A stretch of 64,000 nucleotides of DNA, from NCBI RefSeq assembly GCF_009914755.1, contig NC_060931.1; one strand, written 5' to 3'. This DNA comes from the human T2T-CHM13v2.0 reference genome, Homo sapiens. Within the stretch, counting starts at the first letter, position 1. Each line of letters begins with the position of its first letter. The notes beneath the pieces are model-generated. The model saw only the letters and a list, made by a program, of their open reading frames with translations, ran no database searches and was not told the DNA's origin. This document shows, piece by piece, positions 15,343 through 29,021 of this stretch. A program made the translations under genes and the position numbers.

Positions 15343-16984
15343 ATTACCTTCAACATCCCACTCTCTCTAACTGTAAACTTCCATCCTTCTAGCTCTCTAA
15401 TTTACTTATTTCTTCACTTCTCCTTGTAAATGTTAAAGGAAAATAAATCTTGGGACCTCAAAGTCACTAAGCCAAAGGGAAAAGTCAATCTGGAAACTGC
15501 ACGCAAACCTGCCTCTCATTATATTCCTAAACAAGATAGCTAGACAGAACTCAAAGTCATCCCTCTGCTCACGTGAGACAAATGCATAGCTGATTGCTTC
15601 CTTTGCCCTGTTGTTTCACTGAGCCAGGCTAAGGCTTAAGTGATTAGTCCTGTAAATTGTGTATTCAGTGAAAGGCTTATTAGAAACTCAAAAGAATGCA
15701 ACTGTTTTTCTCTTATCTACCTATCACCTGGAAGCCCCCTCCCTGTTTCCAGTCATCCCACCTTTTTGGACCACCTGATATATGTCTTAACATATATTGA
15801 TTGATATCTCATGTCTCCCTAAAATGTGTAAAACCAAGCTGTGCCCCAACCACCTTGCACACGTCAACAGAACCTCCTGAGGCTATGTCATGGATGTGTC
15901 CTTAACCTTGGCAAAATAAACTTTCTAAATTGACTGAGACCCATATCAGATATTTTGTGTTCACAATTGGTAATCACAGAGGGATTCTGAGTGAAGATGC
16001 CTCGATCTTTGACAAATCTCCTATCAGTGCGTGGTAGCAGCCTGAGCTGTCTTTATGGCTGAAACCAATAGGACAATTGGCTGAGGCCTGGGAGCCACCC
16101 CACCCCCAGAGAATCCCTGATCTCCCCAAATTTGTTGAGATCTGAAGTTTATTTTGCTGTGCAACTCCTTTTTTGGAGTTTTACTTGCTTCCAACAAGGA
16201 AGGCAAATTTTCCTGCGTCCATGATGATGGAAGGCAGGTAACTCCTTTCTGGAGTTTGAGCTCGTTTCCAGCAGGGAAGATGAGTTTCAGTTTTTTCCTG
16301 CTTCTAGGATGGGAGAGAGCAGACTTCAGCCTGAGACTCATTACTAGGTAAGTAGCTGAATTGGAGTTTTGTCTTGGCTAGAGTTAAGACTAACAGCCAG
16401 CTGGTCTTAATTTCTCCTTACTATTAGAGCACTCAGTGACCACATAAATTGTGTGATTGTTTGTTTGTTTCACTTAACTGTTTTTGTTGTTGTTGTTGTT
16501 GCTGTTTGTTTCTGTTTCTTGTTGTTTTCATCTTTTTCCCATTGGGTTTGACCAACTCTATCCAACTTGATCAAATCCGAAGGAAAATTCCAAATTATGG
16601 AGAACAAGACCTCTGAATTGGCTAAATTCCTGCAACTGAAAAAGAAAAAAGAAAAAAACAGCTAGCAAAAGGAAAAAAAAAATTTTTTTGACTTTGACTA
16701 CCTTAGGGGCTTTATTTACATAACAAGGCCATCTTTTGCTAACCAGGCCAAACTGAAAGAGCAATGGTTGTCCCCCAGCACTGCAGTTTGGAAACTAAGA
16801 TTCTGTCCTTATTTTCATCATGACTGCCTAAGTTTGGTTCCTAAATCAAGCCCTTTCTGGTTTGGTATTTGCATTACTTTTGAAATATCAGCAGTTTGTA
16901 CTAGCTAAAATACAGTAATGAGATTTGAAGGTTTTTTTTTTAAGGAGCTTAGTGGCTAAAAGCTTAAATAAAAGCTAACATCCA

Positions 16985-16986
<2 letters not shown>

Positions 16987-17024
<38 letters not shown>
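16987..17024. repeat. (GT)19 microsatellite
   Basis: Uninterrupted GT run. Confidence 0.97.
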
Positions 17025-17026
<2 letters not shown>

Positions 17027-17702
17027 TTAAGGCCTTTTTTATTTCTCTCCTTCAACTTTTTGAGCAAAAGTTTTTTTCTTCTCCGTCAACCAAATTCTGT
17101 TTTCTTCATTTTACTTCTGCTGCCTCTTCTTTCTCTTGCTACCCTGTGCTGCATGAGGAATCTAAAATAGTTTCTAACACCCTGGGATTCCTTAAAGAAA
17201 ACAGAGAAGGCACTAGACTCCCTTTTGGGGAGCAACCTCTGTTTCTCCTTATGGAACTCAAAGAGTGTAAAAGAGAAAATTTCGTCTCAGATCTTACACT
17301 GCTTCCTTTTGTATAGTGTTACCTGGTTTCTTTCTTTCTTCTTTTTTTTTTTTTTTAACTAAAATAATTATTTTAGTCAAAGAGTAACAACAGAGGTTAC
17401 TGTTGGGTGTTTAAAGTTAGGAAGAGAGTAGTTCAGACACTTAGAGAAACATTTTTGTTAAAAAAAAAAAAAAGGAGAGTGCACTCATAAAACCATCACA
17501 TGGTCTTAGCCTCATAATAATTCTCTTTTTGGAGACCCGGAATTCAGTGTGGGCTCTGCCCAGAGCTCAGAGATCCAGTTAAAAGGCAGACTAAATTTAG
17601 AACTACTTATATAAATAAAGTCAGTCTTCTAATATAATCCTATGATAGATTTCTATAATTTTATGTTTGATTTGGCATTCGTTTTTAATCTCCTCCTACT
17701 AG

Positions 17703-18487
17703 TGAGAGGTGAAACCAGCTGGACTTCCTGGGTCGAGTGGGGACTTGGGGAACTTTTCTGTCTAGCTAGAGGATTATAAACACACCAATCAGTGCTCTGT
17801 GTCTAGCTAAAGGATTGTAAATATACCAATCAGCACTCTGTAAAAACGCACCAATCAGCGCTCTGTGTCTAGCTAAAGGATTGTAAATGCACCAAGCAGC
17901 ACTCTATAACAATGCACCAATCAGTGCTCTGTGTCTAGCTAAAGGATTGTAAATGCACCAATCAGCACTCTGTGGCTAAAGGATTGTAAATGCACCAATC
18001 AGCACTCTGTAAAAATGCACCAATCAGCACTCTGTGTCTAGCTAAAGGATTGTAAATGCGCCAATCAGCACTCTGTAAAATGCACCAATCAGCACTCTGT
18101 GAAATGGACCAATCAGTGCTCTGTAAAATGGACCAATCACCAGGACGTGGGTGGGGACGAATAAGGGAATAAAAGCTGGCCACCACAGCCAGCAGCATCA
18201 ACCCGCTCAGGTCCCTTTCCATGCTGTGGAAGCTTTGTTCTTTCGCTCTTCATAATAAATCTTGCTGCTGCTCACTCTTTGGGTCCACACTACCTTTAAT
18301 TGCTGTAACACTCACCATGAGGGTCTGCAGCTTCATTCCTGAAGTGAGACCACAAACCCACCAGAAGGAACAAACAACCCTGGACACGCCACCTTTAAGA
18401 GCTGTAACACTCACTGCAAGGTCCGAGGCTTCTTTCTTGAAGTCAGAGAGACCAAGAACCCACCAGAAGGAATAAATTCTGGAAACA
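17703..18487 (+). mobile_element. Solo LTR12-family (ERV9) LTR
   Basis: TGAGAGGTGAA...AAACA; TSD CTAG; about 11 tandem CCAATC repeats; GAATAAAAGC TATA-like box. Confidence 0.93.
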
Positions 18488-19419
18488 CTAGCACCAGACT
18501 CTTTCTCTCTGTACCTTGAGATGTAAATTTCACTATCTGATTTTTTTCATCTAAGAGTTCCTTTAATATGCAAATTTAGGGTTATCTTAGCTGACAACTG
18601 CCTAGGGTAATAAGATCAAGAAATTAGAAGTCTAGAACTGGAGGAAAAAAAGAGGTCTTGTGAAATGATAAGCTCTACTTCTATCTGCATGTATAATACA
18701 TCTATGTATTTATGTGTCATGTATATGATGTTTCACTACTAGAAACATGTAAAAGTGCTCTAATTAATTGGCTTAAAGAAAAAAAGGGGCTTTAAATCAA
18801 ATACTGTATCAGAGAAAATAGAGATTTTAAGCCAAATGTCTTTTCAAGTTCATGTGACTTAAGTATATCTTTAATAAATAAGCTGGTTTTGAAAGTAGTC
18901 ATGAAATAAAATTAGAATTAGAATGGCTTCAGAATTGTCAACATACACTATTGTTTAAATTTATTGGAACAGTGGTTTCATATTTATCTCTGCTAGATGC
19001 CAAAATTTGGCATGAGGGTTATAAAACAATGAATGCAGCCCAAAGGAAAATTATCTCTATGTAAAATTTCATAAATAAGGCATTTAATATTGTTTAGTTA
19101 ATGAAAACAGCTAAATCCTAAGTTATTGGCAAAAAAAAAAAAAAAAAAAAAAGAAACCATTTATCTAACCTTAAGTTTCTTACTTAGGAAAACCTGAAAT
19201 TCGCAGTCTATAAAAATGATTAACTGGGAAATAACTTTCAATGATAACTCTCAGTTTTCAAAAGTAATCTGAGTAAACTATTAAAAAAATTAATTAGGTA
19301 AATGTAATGGAATAAATGCTTGTGATTAAACTTGTTATATAATTTAGAATCTAAAATTATATTAAGTTAAATAATAGGTACTCATTAAACATCTGGGTCA
19401 TTTCCAATTTAAAATATTA

Positions 19420-19751
<332 letters not shown>

Positions 19752-20566
19752 TTATTTAAAGGAAAATAATTTTTTATCTAATTCAAGGCTATTTAAAACT
19801 TATGAAACAAGGTAAAAGTAATCGTTAAATAAAAGCAATGTAAAGAAAGTTATAAAAGGTATTTCTGGCAAGAAAAGTTAGAAGGAAGATAATTGTATAT
19901 GAGAAATATTCTTGTATGGTAAAATTTTGGCCTAGAATAAAACGACTGGTTGTTTAAGAAAGAGGGATGTTCAGGACAAACCAGAAAGTTCAAGTGTTAC
20001 TGGTAGAGGATCTTGACTATGAGTCATCCAGGTTCTTGGTGTTTTGAACAAAGAATTGGACAAAACACACAAAGCAACGAAGGAATGAAGCAATGAAAGC
20101 ACAAATTTATTGAAATGAAAGTACACTTCACAAAGTGGGAGTAGGCTCCAGCAAGCAGCTCAAGAGCACTGGTTACAGAATTTTCTGGGGTTTACATACC
20201 CGCTAGAGGTTTCCCATTGGTTACTTGGTTACACCCTATGTAAACGAAGGAGTAGCCCATGGCCAGTCTGATTGGTTGTGGGAGGGGACCAATCTGAGGT
20301 ACTTTCCATTTTTTATCTGCAATGCAGTGCAAAGGGAGTAGCCTCTGATCCTTTTGTTACTTGGGTGTGGAGAGGTGGGGTTTTCCTTTTCATTCAATCC
20401 TAGAAACTCAGCACAAATCAGCCTTAGGTTCCCTGTCTCCAGACCCTATTCTCCTGCCTCATTTTCCCCTGAGAGATGTGATCCCCATAAATCTTTCTGG
20501 GAGGCAGAGGGACCCATGGTCTTTCTTCCATAACTACTTCATGCTGACTTGGGGCACAGTCCCTAC

Positions 20567-21443
20567 CTACTGGGGATTACAGAACTCTCGCCCTGCTCTG
20601 TCTAGTGGAGACAAGGTTACTTCTTGGTGGCCGGGGTTGACATCATTATCTGAAACTGACTGGTGGCCCTGCTGCATTATCATAATGGTCTCTAGGCAAG
20701 AAGAAATAAATCTGGTTAAAAGATTTAACAAACATGATCCAAAAGCCAAGGCAAGTATAATAATTAATAGTGGACTGGCCAGAGGAAGGAGATGTGAGCC
20801 CCAAATTAGCATTTTGACTAGGCGCCCCATGACTCAGACAGCTGTTGTCATATCTTATGGTACCAATCGGCTAGTTTTTGGGTGGCATCCCTTACTAATC
20901 CTGTTTGGTTGACATAAAAACAGCATTCTTCCTCTAGGAAAAAGACATAAGCCACCTTCTTCAGCATTTAGGAGATCCAGTCCCCTTCTATTTTACAAAG
21001 CCACCACTGCCAAAGACTCTATCTGATTTTGTAAGGTGATGATACTTTTGGGCAATGTCACCTAAGCTTTCCATAAAATCCTTGGACAAGCATTGGTAAT
21101 AGGATAGGGAAACTGCAAGGCTGCTAACTCTCATTCCTACTCCTGCTGTTATTCCTAGCTCTACCGAAAGTGGTATCAGTTGGATGGCTCATTTGTGTCT
21201 GGTGGTTGCAGTTAAAAGTATAATGAAGGATTGGTTGTTGGGAGCTATATTAATTTCGGGGGCTAAATAAACAACTGTATAGGTTCCAGTCCAATTGGCT
21301 GGTAAAACATAAGTAGGAACTGGTCCCACACGGGAAAAAGAGTCCTTGTTTTTCAAGACAAAATTGTTTTCTATGGTGAACATGTGGGTTAGCTTGTTGT
21401 TTTCACTTTCCCAAGTTATTAAAGTCCCTGGTAAGGTGGCCAA
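20567..21443 (-). pseudogene. Retroviral env remnant (SU C-terminus and TM)
   Basis: RHK*AIQLIPL (furin site Arg now TGA), TLQNQIESLAVVAL*NRRGLDLLNAEEGGLC (immunosuppressive domain), frameshifted LEEECCFYVNQTG, TM anchor PLLIIILALAFGSCLLNLLTRFISS. Confidence 0.9.
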
Positions 21444-22399
21444 GGGAAAATGTGAACACAGCTAGTGGGCCTACCTTAACGGTATTTAGACTATATATTT
21501 AAAGTGTCCTTGACTAGGGATGGTTTCCATAAAAACTGTACAGGTTTTCTAAATGATGCAGCTTGGGTAACTGCATAGCTTACATGATCATGTGAGGGTT
21601 TAATCTGTATGGTGTAGTTACATTGGTGACTTTAGATGTCCCAGGGCCTGACCAAAATTTTGGCTTCTCTCAATACAAAGTGTTGCCTGGAATTTTAGTG
21701 CTTTGCGCACTGATATGTGCATTGAGATTGGGCCCCAAATGGGTTTCTGAGGGGATGCAACCCCAGAAAGTTTGCTCTGATAGGACTGGGGAAGGTTTAC
21801 TGCTCATTCTGACATTGTAACCCTTGTCATTTCCATAATTTTAAGGCTATATAAGTCAGCCAGGTTCATTAATTTGAAAGGAGTTTCTCCCTTGTAGTTA
21901 GGATGTTAAGTTATTTTTTCAAGGGCCCAAGATTGGGCTGGGATCAGGATTGGTAGTCTGTTTGGATGATGATGGAGATAAACAAAGCCAACAGTGCCTT
22001 GCCAAAGCTGGACTGGTGGTATTTAACAGTCTTTGTGTTAAAGTTTTTAATAAATACCCAGAATCCATTAATTACCAGAGGGGTAAAGCGAAACTCTTTT
22101 GTAAAATAAAGCTGATTATCAGTATGCATGGTCTTAGTATACACAGGCTGTGGGTGACCATTATGGTATAAAAAAAAAATACTTATTTGTTATTTTGTTC
22201 TATAGATAAAAATTAATTAAAACACTTTAAAAGAAGTGATTCAATCCATTTGGAAGAAAGCAATTAAATTGTAAAAATATAAAAATGGCTACTATTATAT
22301 CCAGCTTACAGTAAATATACAAGAAGGACACCAAGGAAAGTTGATAGGAATTTACTTATCTTTTGGCTGCCTTTTAAACAGGTACTTCAGGTCTTCTAC

Positions 22400-23495
<1,096 letters not shown>

Positions 23496-24072
23496 TTAAC
23501 TTTAGCCAATATGTTCACACACAGAATCTCTTTTACAATTAATTTTTCATAAGCCTTCCACAACTTGTTCAAACCTTTTAGATTATTCCTATCTCACTTA
23601 AAACCATCCTTTCACCCTCTAAACTTAGGCAAGAAATCCACATTCCCATGCTTTTTACCAAAGGTACATTATCCTTTTCTTACATGAATTCTTTTCATAA
23701 CTTACCCAGACCATCTACAAAATGCTTGGACTTTCTGAGTTTTCCTAAACATCTTTCTTTTTAAACAACCAGTCATTTTACGTTAGGACAAGAATTTATC
23801 GTACAAGATCTTTTCTCCTACAAAGCCACCATCTCTACAATCTTCCCTCACAAAAACATATCTTCATATATATAACTTTCTTCACATCTCTCCCCTACTT
23901 ACTGGTTCCTTACTACCTTGTTTCATAAATAACTCTTTTTTTTAAAGTCCATAATTTGAATTAACTTTCAGATAACCTCCAAACTACACAAAATAATTCT
24001 TTCTCACCAATAACACATTTTTTGGCATATTTTGTATACAGAATTATATATTAACTATAATTCATATCCTTA

Positions 24073-24423
24073 TGTATTAGTCTGTTTTCATGCTGCTGAT
24101 AAAGACATACTTAAGACTGGGCAATTTACAAAAGAAAGAGGTTTATTGGACTTACATTTCCACATGCTGGGAAGGCCTCACAATCATGGTGGAAGGCAAG
24201 GAAGAGCAAATCACATCTTATGCGGATGGCAGCAGGCAAAAGGAGAGCTTGTGCAGGGCAACTCCCATTTTCAAAACCATCAGATCTCATGAGACCCATT
24301 CGCTATCATGAGAACAGCATAATTCAATCATCTCTCACCCACTGGATCCCTCCCCACAACACACGGTAATTATGGGAGTTATAAGAAGAGATTTGGGTGG
24401 GGATGCAAAGCCAAACCATATCA
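24073..24423 (-). mobile_element. THE1-family solo LTR inside the MER51-type provirus
   Basis: tgtattagtctgttttcatgctgctgataaagacatac...gccaaaccatatca; TSD CCTTA/TCTTA. Confidence 0.9.
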
Positions 24424-26822
24424 TCTTAGTAACCTTAAATTTTAGTGAAACCTTAGGAAGCAAAAAATCCTAAACTATCAGATATTAGCATTTTATAGAT
24501 GAGAATAATTCCACAATTTTTGGAAACATATTCCTCCCTATCATAACCCTTTCTTAATTGGAAATGACTGAGATATCCAATGGGCATCAAAAATACTTTT
24601 AAGATTTTAAATTACACAAAATTTACCTAATCATTCATCCCATTTACATGTACTTAAGTCTTTCATTTTTAACAGTTTATCTAGATTACTTCTGAAAACT
24701 GAGATATTAGACACCATCATTTAAAGTTAGTTATTTCTTTGTTAACCATTTTTAATAGCCAATGAACATTATGTGTTCACCTAAATAAGAACCTCACAGT
24801 TAAATACATAGGTGTTTTTGCCAATAACCCAGAAGATTTAGCTAACAATATTAAATTAGTCTCATTTGTCAAAGAAGCCACATAAACTAAGGCCATTTTG
24901 TTTTGGCTGGGTTAATAGCTTTATAATCTTCTATGCCAAATGCTGACACTTCAACATTTCTAGCAAAGACAAATATAAAACCCAGACAAAAATGTATGCT
25001 GACAATTCTGAAGATATTTCTATTTTCATTTTACCAATAATTTTAAAGCCAGCTATTTAATGAAGATTTACTTAAGTCACATGAACTTGAAAATTGCTTG
25101 GACTTATTTATTTAATTTATGAGTGCTTTTTTATTTATAAGCTGATTTGGTTGACACAACATATAACAATAAGTGTACATACAAATAAACACATCTAGAC
25201 ATGTATACACACACACAAACGAAGATCCAATAGCTTTTACCTTGGAACTCTAGCCATGAGATATCAATACAAGCTCACAGGTTTTACATGGTTACACTTT
25301 GTTTGCTCCAATAGGTAATCCAGTGAAGGCTGTGAACCAAACATTTTTAAAGCAGTTCCGGTGGCAGTTTGATTTTTAAAGGCCAAACCTCCTCAGACTC
25401 CAAAGACACTGGAGCCAAATAGCACCAAAGGAGAGCACCATATGCTGACCAGGCCTGACCCTTCTTAGGACAGCAGCACCAAAGCCTGGATACATGCAAC
25501 GTCATCCCGCTTTCCCATTCAACAGCAAACTCCAGATTCCAAACAATACTGGGGCCAAGTATTATTGCAAAAGAATATCAAATGTTTCCTCCTTAGATTA
25601 TCAGGGTCAAATTCATTTCAATGGTTGAGGATGCAGCCAAGTGGGAAGTCAGGTGGAATAAATGGAGTGTTTCCTGTAGTGGTCTGCAAGAGAGAGACAA
25701 TTCTAAGGAGGCCTTAGTACTAGACCTGAGAACCTTTGCCTAGGGCATCCCCTTTGGAGAGGCTGAGGTCTGGAGGTGGATCCCCTAGGCATCCCCCTTT
25801 GAGGTCCAGTCTAAAAGTGTCAGACATCTCTGACCTTAGGTGGGCACCAGTGTTGCTTTGTATGTTTTCCCTCCAGAGGCAATGGCCTAATATGAGCTTT
25901 TCTCTTGTCCCTGGATGAAGGTCTCAGCTTCTAGCTTCCTACCAATTTAGATAGGCCATATCTTCCTGCATTCCTTGCAAGACTAAGGAGGTTCCCGAAC
26001 ACTGCAGAGTTAACGGTACCAAGGCTAGTGGGATATTCCCCATGAAGAAATGGTGCAGAGGTTATATAAAAGATTGGGTTTATATTGGGTATATAAAAGA
26101 TATATAGAATTTCTACGGGGTTCAGGGCAAGCAAACTGATGCCAAAGCAATGACCACCAAGCTCCCTTAAGTGGAGGTCCAAGATGTAGAATGTGTTCTA
26201 AAGCTTGTGGGTCCCAAAGGTCCTCAGCCAGTCAATAGATTCAGTAGGAGAAGGGAGGTCAAAATATCTAAGAGATATTATCTTTTGTCCTTACAGGCCA
26301 ACTTTATGGGAGAATTTAGCTTAAGAAAGAGGGTTTAAGTCGCCTGAAATGTGTGTGAGTTCACCCTGGACGAGCTTCTGCTGCCAATTGCATCACAGGT
26401 AGGGATCAGGGACTATAACTCAAAAAGATACAAAAGAGTCCTTCCGCCTTCTGGGCAGGGGAGCTATCCCAGGTTCACTCCTTGGCCTTCAGGTAACAGT
26501 AGAGAGTGGTCCCGGCCAGTTTCCCTCAATTACCAAGAAGCTACTAGGAAACGGCCACTGAAAGACTGAAAAAAGGAAAAGGACTCAGGTCCCTCACCTG
26601 AACTGGGCAGTGGTGGTCAGGCACTTTCACACAGAAACCTTTCAGTTTCACCAGAGAGTGGCCCTGTTAGAAACCTGTGGTTGCCTCTGTGCTTAGGCAC
26701 TGTCCACCGAGGGTTCCAAGCTGGAAAGGGAAAAAGAGACAGAGAAAAGAGTTCCCCTGTAAGGAGCAGAGAGGAAAAGGGAAATCAAGAGAAGAAAAAT
26801 AAATCCCAAACTTTGGGCTTAC

Positions 26823-26840
26823 CTCCTGGCTGGCTCGCCA
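26823..26840 (-). other. Primer-binding site complementary to tRNA-Arg
   Basis: TGGCGAGCCAGCCAGGAG, 5 nt downstream of the 5' LTR end. Confidence 0.9.
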
Positions 26841-27478
26841 ATATATGTTACTGGTGGAGGGTCTTGACTATGAGTCATCCAGGTTCTTGGCATTTTGAAC
26901 AAGGAACTGGACAAAATGCACAAACCAAGCAATGAAAGAATGAAGCAAAGAACGCACAGATTTATTTAAATGAAAGTACACTCCACAGACTGGGATTGGG
27001 CTCCAGCAAGGAGCTCAAGAGGCCGGTTACAGAATTTCCTGGAGTTTAAATACCCTCTAGAAGTTTTCCATTGGTTACTTGGTTATACCCTATGTAAGTG
27101 AAGGAGTGGCCCACGACAAGTCTGATTGGTTGTGGGAGGGGACCAATCAGAGGTACTTTCCATTTTTATCTGTGAGGCAGTGCAAAGACAGTAGCCTCTG
27201 ATACTTTTGTTACTTGGGTGTGGAGAGGTGGGGTTTTCCTTGTGATTCAGTTCTAGGAAGTCAGGGCAAATTGGCCTTAGATTCCCTGCCTCCAGACCCT
27301 ATTCTTCTACCTCACAAGCATGTCATGAATGGTCTGGAGTAAATCATAAGCGGATTTATGGAAAAAAAAGCTTTTAGATAATCAAGTTGTCTATAATTAA
27401 AGGGAAATTATTTTTAATGGTCTTTCTAGGAATTGGGTTTTGGTATTTTCTAAAAACCATTTATATACTGAAGAATCT

Positions 27479-27750
27479 TAGCACTTTGGGAGGCCAAGGC
27501 AGGTGGCTCACATGGTCACAGGTTCAAGACCAGCCTGGCCAAGATGGTGAAACCCCGTCTCTACTAAAAATACAAAAATTAGCCAGGCGTGGTGGCAGAC
27601 GCCTGTAATCCCAGCTACTCGGGAGGCTGAGGCAGAGAGTTGCTTGAACCCAGGAGGCGGAGTTTGCAGTGAGCTGAGATTGTACCACTGCACTCCAGCT
27701 TGGGTGACAGAGTGAGACTCTGTCACACACACAAAAAAAAAAAAAAAAAA
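27479..27750 (+). mobile_element. 5'-truncated AluS
   Basis: agcactttgggaggcc...gagactctgtc plus A tail. Confidence 0.9.
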
Positions 27751-28110
27751 TTGGTTAGAACAATGGAATTTTCTTGAAGTATTGCTTCATTCTTAATAAA
27801 ATTAAAATTGATAAAAGACATTATAATTTTTTAAGTAAATTTCAACTTGTATTGCATCTCACTGTTTTCAGCTTTTTCTCCCCTTTTAAAGTGCCTGAAA
27901 TAATCACTCTATTCTTCAACTCATTTTCAGCTTCTGTAAGCTTCTTTTTTTTCGGGTTCTGTTGTGGTCTGATACTAAAAATGTTTTCTCTTAAAGGTCT
28001 AAAGGAAATGTTTCCTTCCAACATAATATTCTGTGCTTTTGGCTTTAAATTGTTCTATGAAATAAAAAATTTTCACTTACGACCCAGGAAACACTCTTCC
28101 TATGTCTAAC

Positions 28111-29021
28111 TGTGTCCAGAATTGGTTCCTGCCTATGGGTTCTTGGTCTCACTGACTTCAAGAATGAAGCCGCAGACCCTCGTGGTGAGTGTTACAATTC
28201 TTAAAGATGGTATGTCTGGAGTTTGTTCCTTCAGATGTTCAGATGTGTCCAGAGTTTCTTACTTCTGGTGGGTTCGTGGTCTTGCTGACTTCAGGAGTGA
28301 AGCCGCAGACCTTTGCAATGAGTGTTACAGCTCATAAAGGTAGTGCAGACCCAAAGCGTGAGCAGCAGCAAGATTTATTGTGAAGAGCAAAAGAACAAAG
28401 CTTCCACAGTGTGGAAGAGGACCTCAGCCAGTTGCAGCTGCTGGTTTGGGTGGCGAGCTTTTACTCCCTTATTTGGCCCTGCCCATGCCCTGCTGATCGG
28501 TCCATTCTACAGAGCGCTGATTGGTCCACTTTACAGAGTGCTGATTGGTCCATTTTTAGAGTGCTGATTGGTGCATTTACAAACCTTTAGCTAGACACAG
28601 AGCGCTGATTGGTGCGTTTTTACAGAGTGCTGATTGGTCTGTTTACAAACCTTTAGCTAGACGCAGAGCACTGATTGGTGTGTTTTTACTAGTGCTGATT
28701 GTTGTGCTTACAAACTTTTAGCTAGACACAGAGCGCTGATTGGTGCGTTTTTACAGAGTGCTGATTGGTGTGTTTACAAACCTTTAGCTAGATGCAGAGC
28801 ACTGATTGGTGTGTTTTTACGAGTGCTGATTGTTGTGCTTACAAACTTTTAGCTAGACACAGAGCGCTGATTGGTGCGTTTTTACAGAGTGCTGATTGGT
28901 GCATTTACAAACCTTTAGGTAGACACAGAGCGCTGATTGGTGTGTTTACAATCCTTTAGCTAGACAGAAAAGTTCTCCAAGTCCCCACCCGACCCAGAAG
29001 CCCAGCTGGCTTCACCTCTCA
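28111..29021 (-). mobile_element. Solo LTR12-family (ERV9) LTR
   Basis: Minus strand TGAGAGGTGAAGCCAGC...TGGACACA; TSD TAAC; about 12 intact CCAATC repeats. Confidence 0.93.

Noticed and set aside
15968-15987. tRNA-like sequence (also at 26823-26840)
   Set aside because: Only the ~18-nt primer-binding complement is present; there is no tRNA gene or cloverleaf.
17760-18140. Regularly spaced repeats resembling a CRISPR array (also 28500-28960)
   Set aside because: The intervening sequences are themselves repeats, not unique spacers. They are the normal CCAAT tandem units of LTR12, in eukaryotic DNA with no cas genes.
20361-20912. 183-aa plus-strand ORF, the longest in the window
   Set aside because: It is the antisense of the env TM and 3' LTR, begins at a non-ATG codon and shows no coding hallmark.
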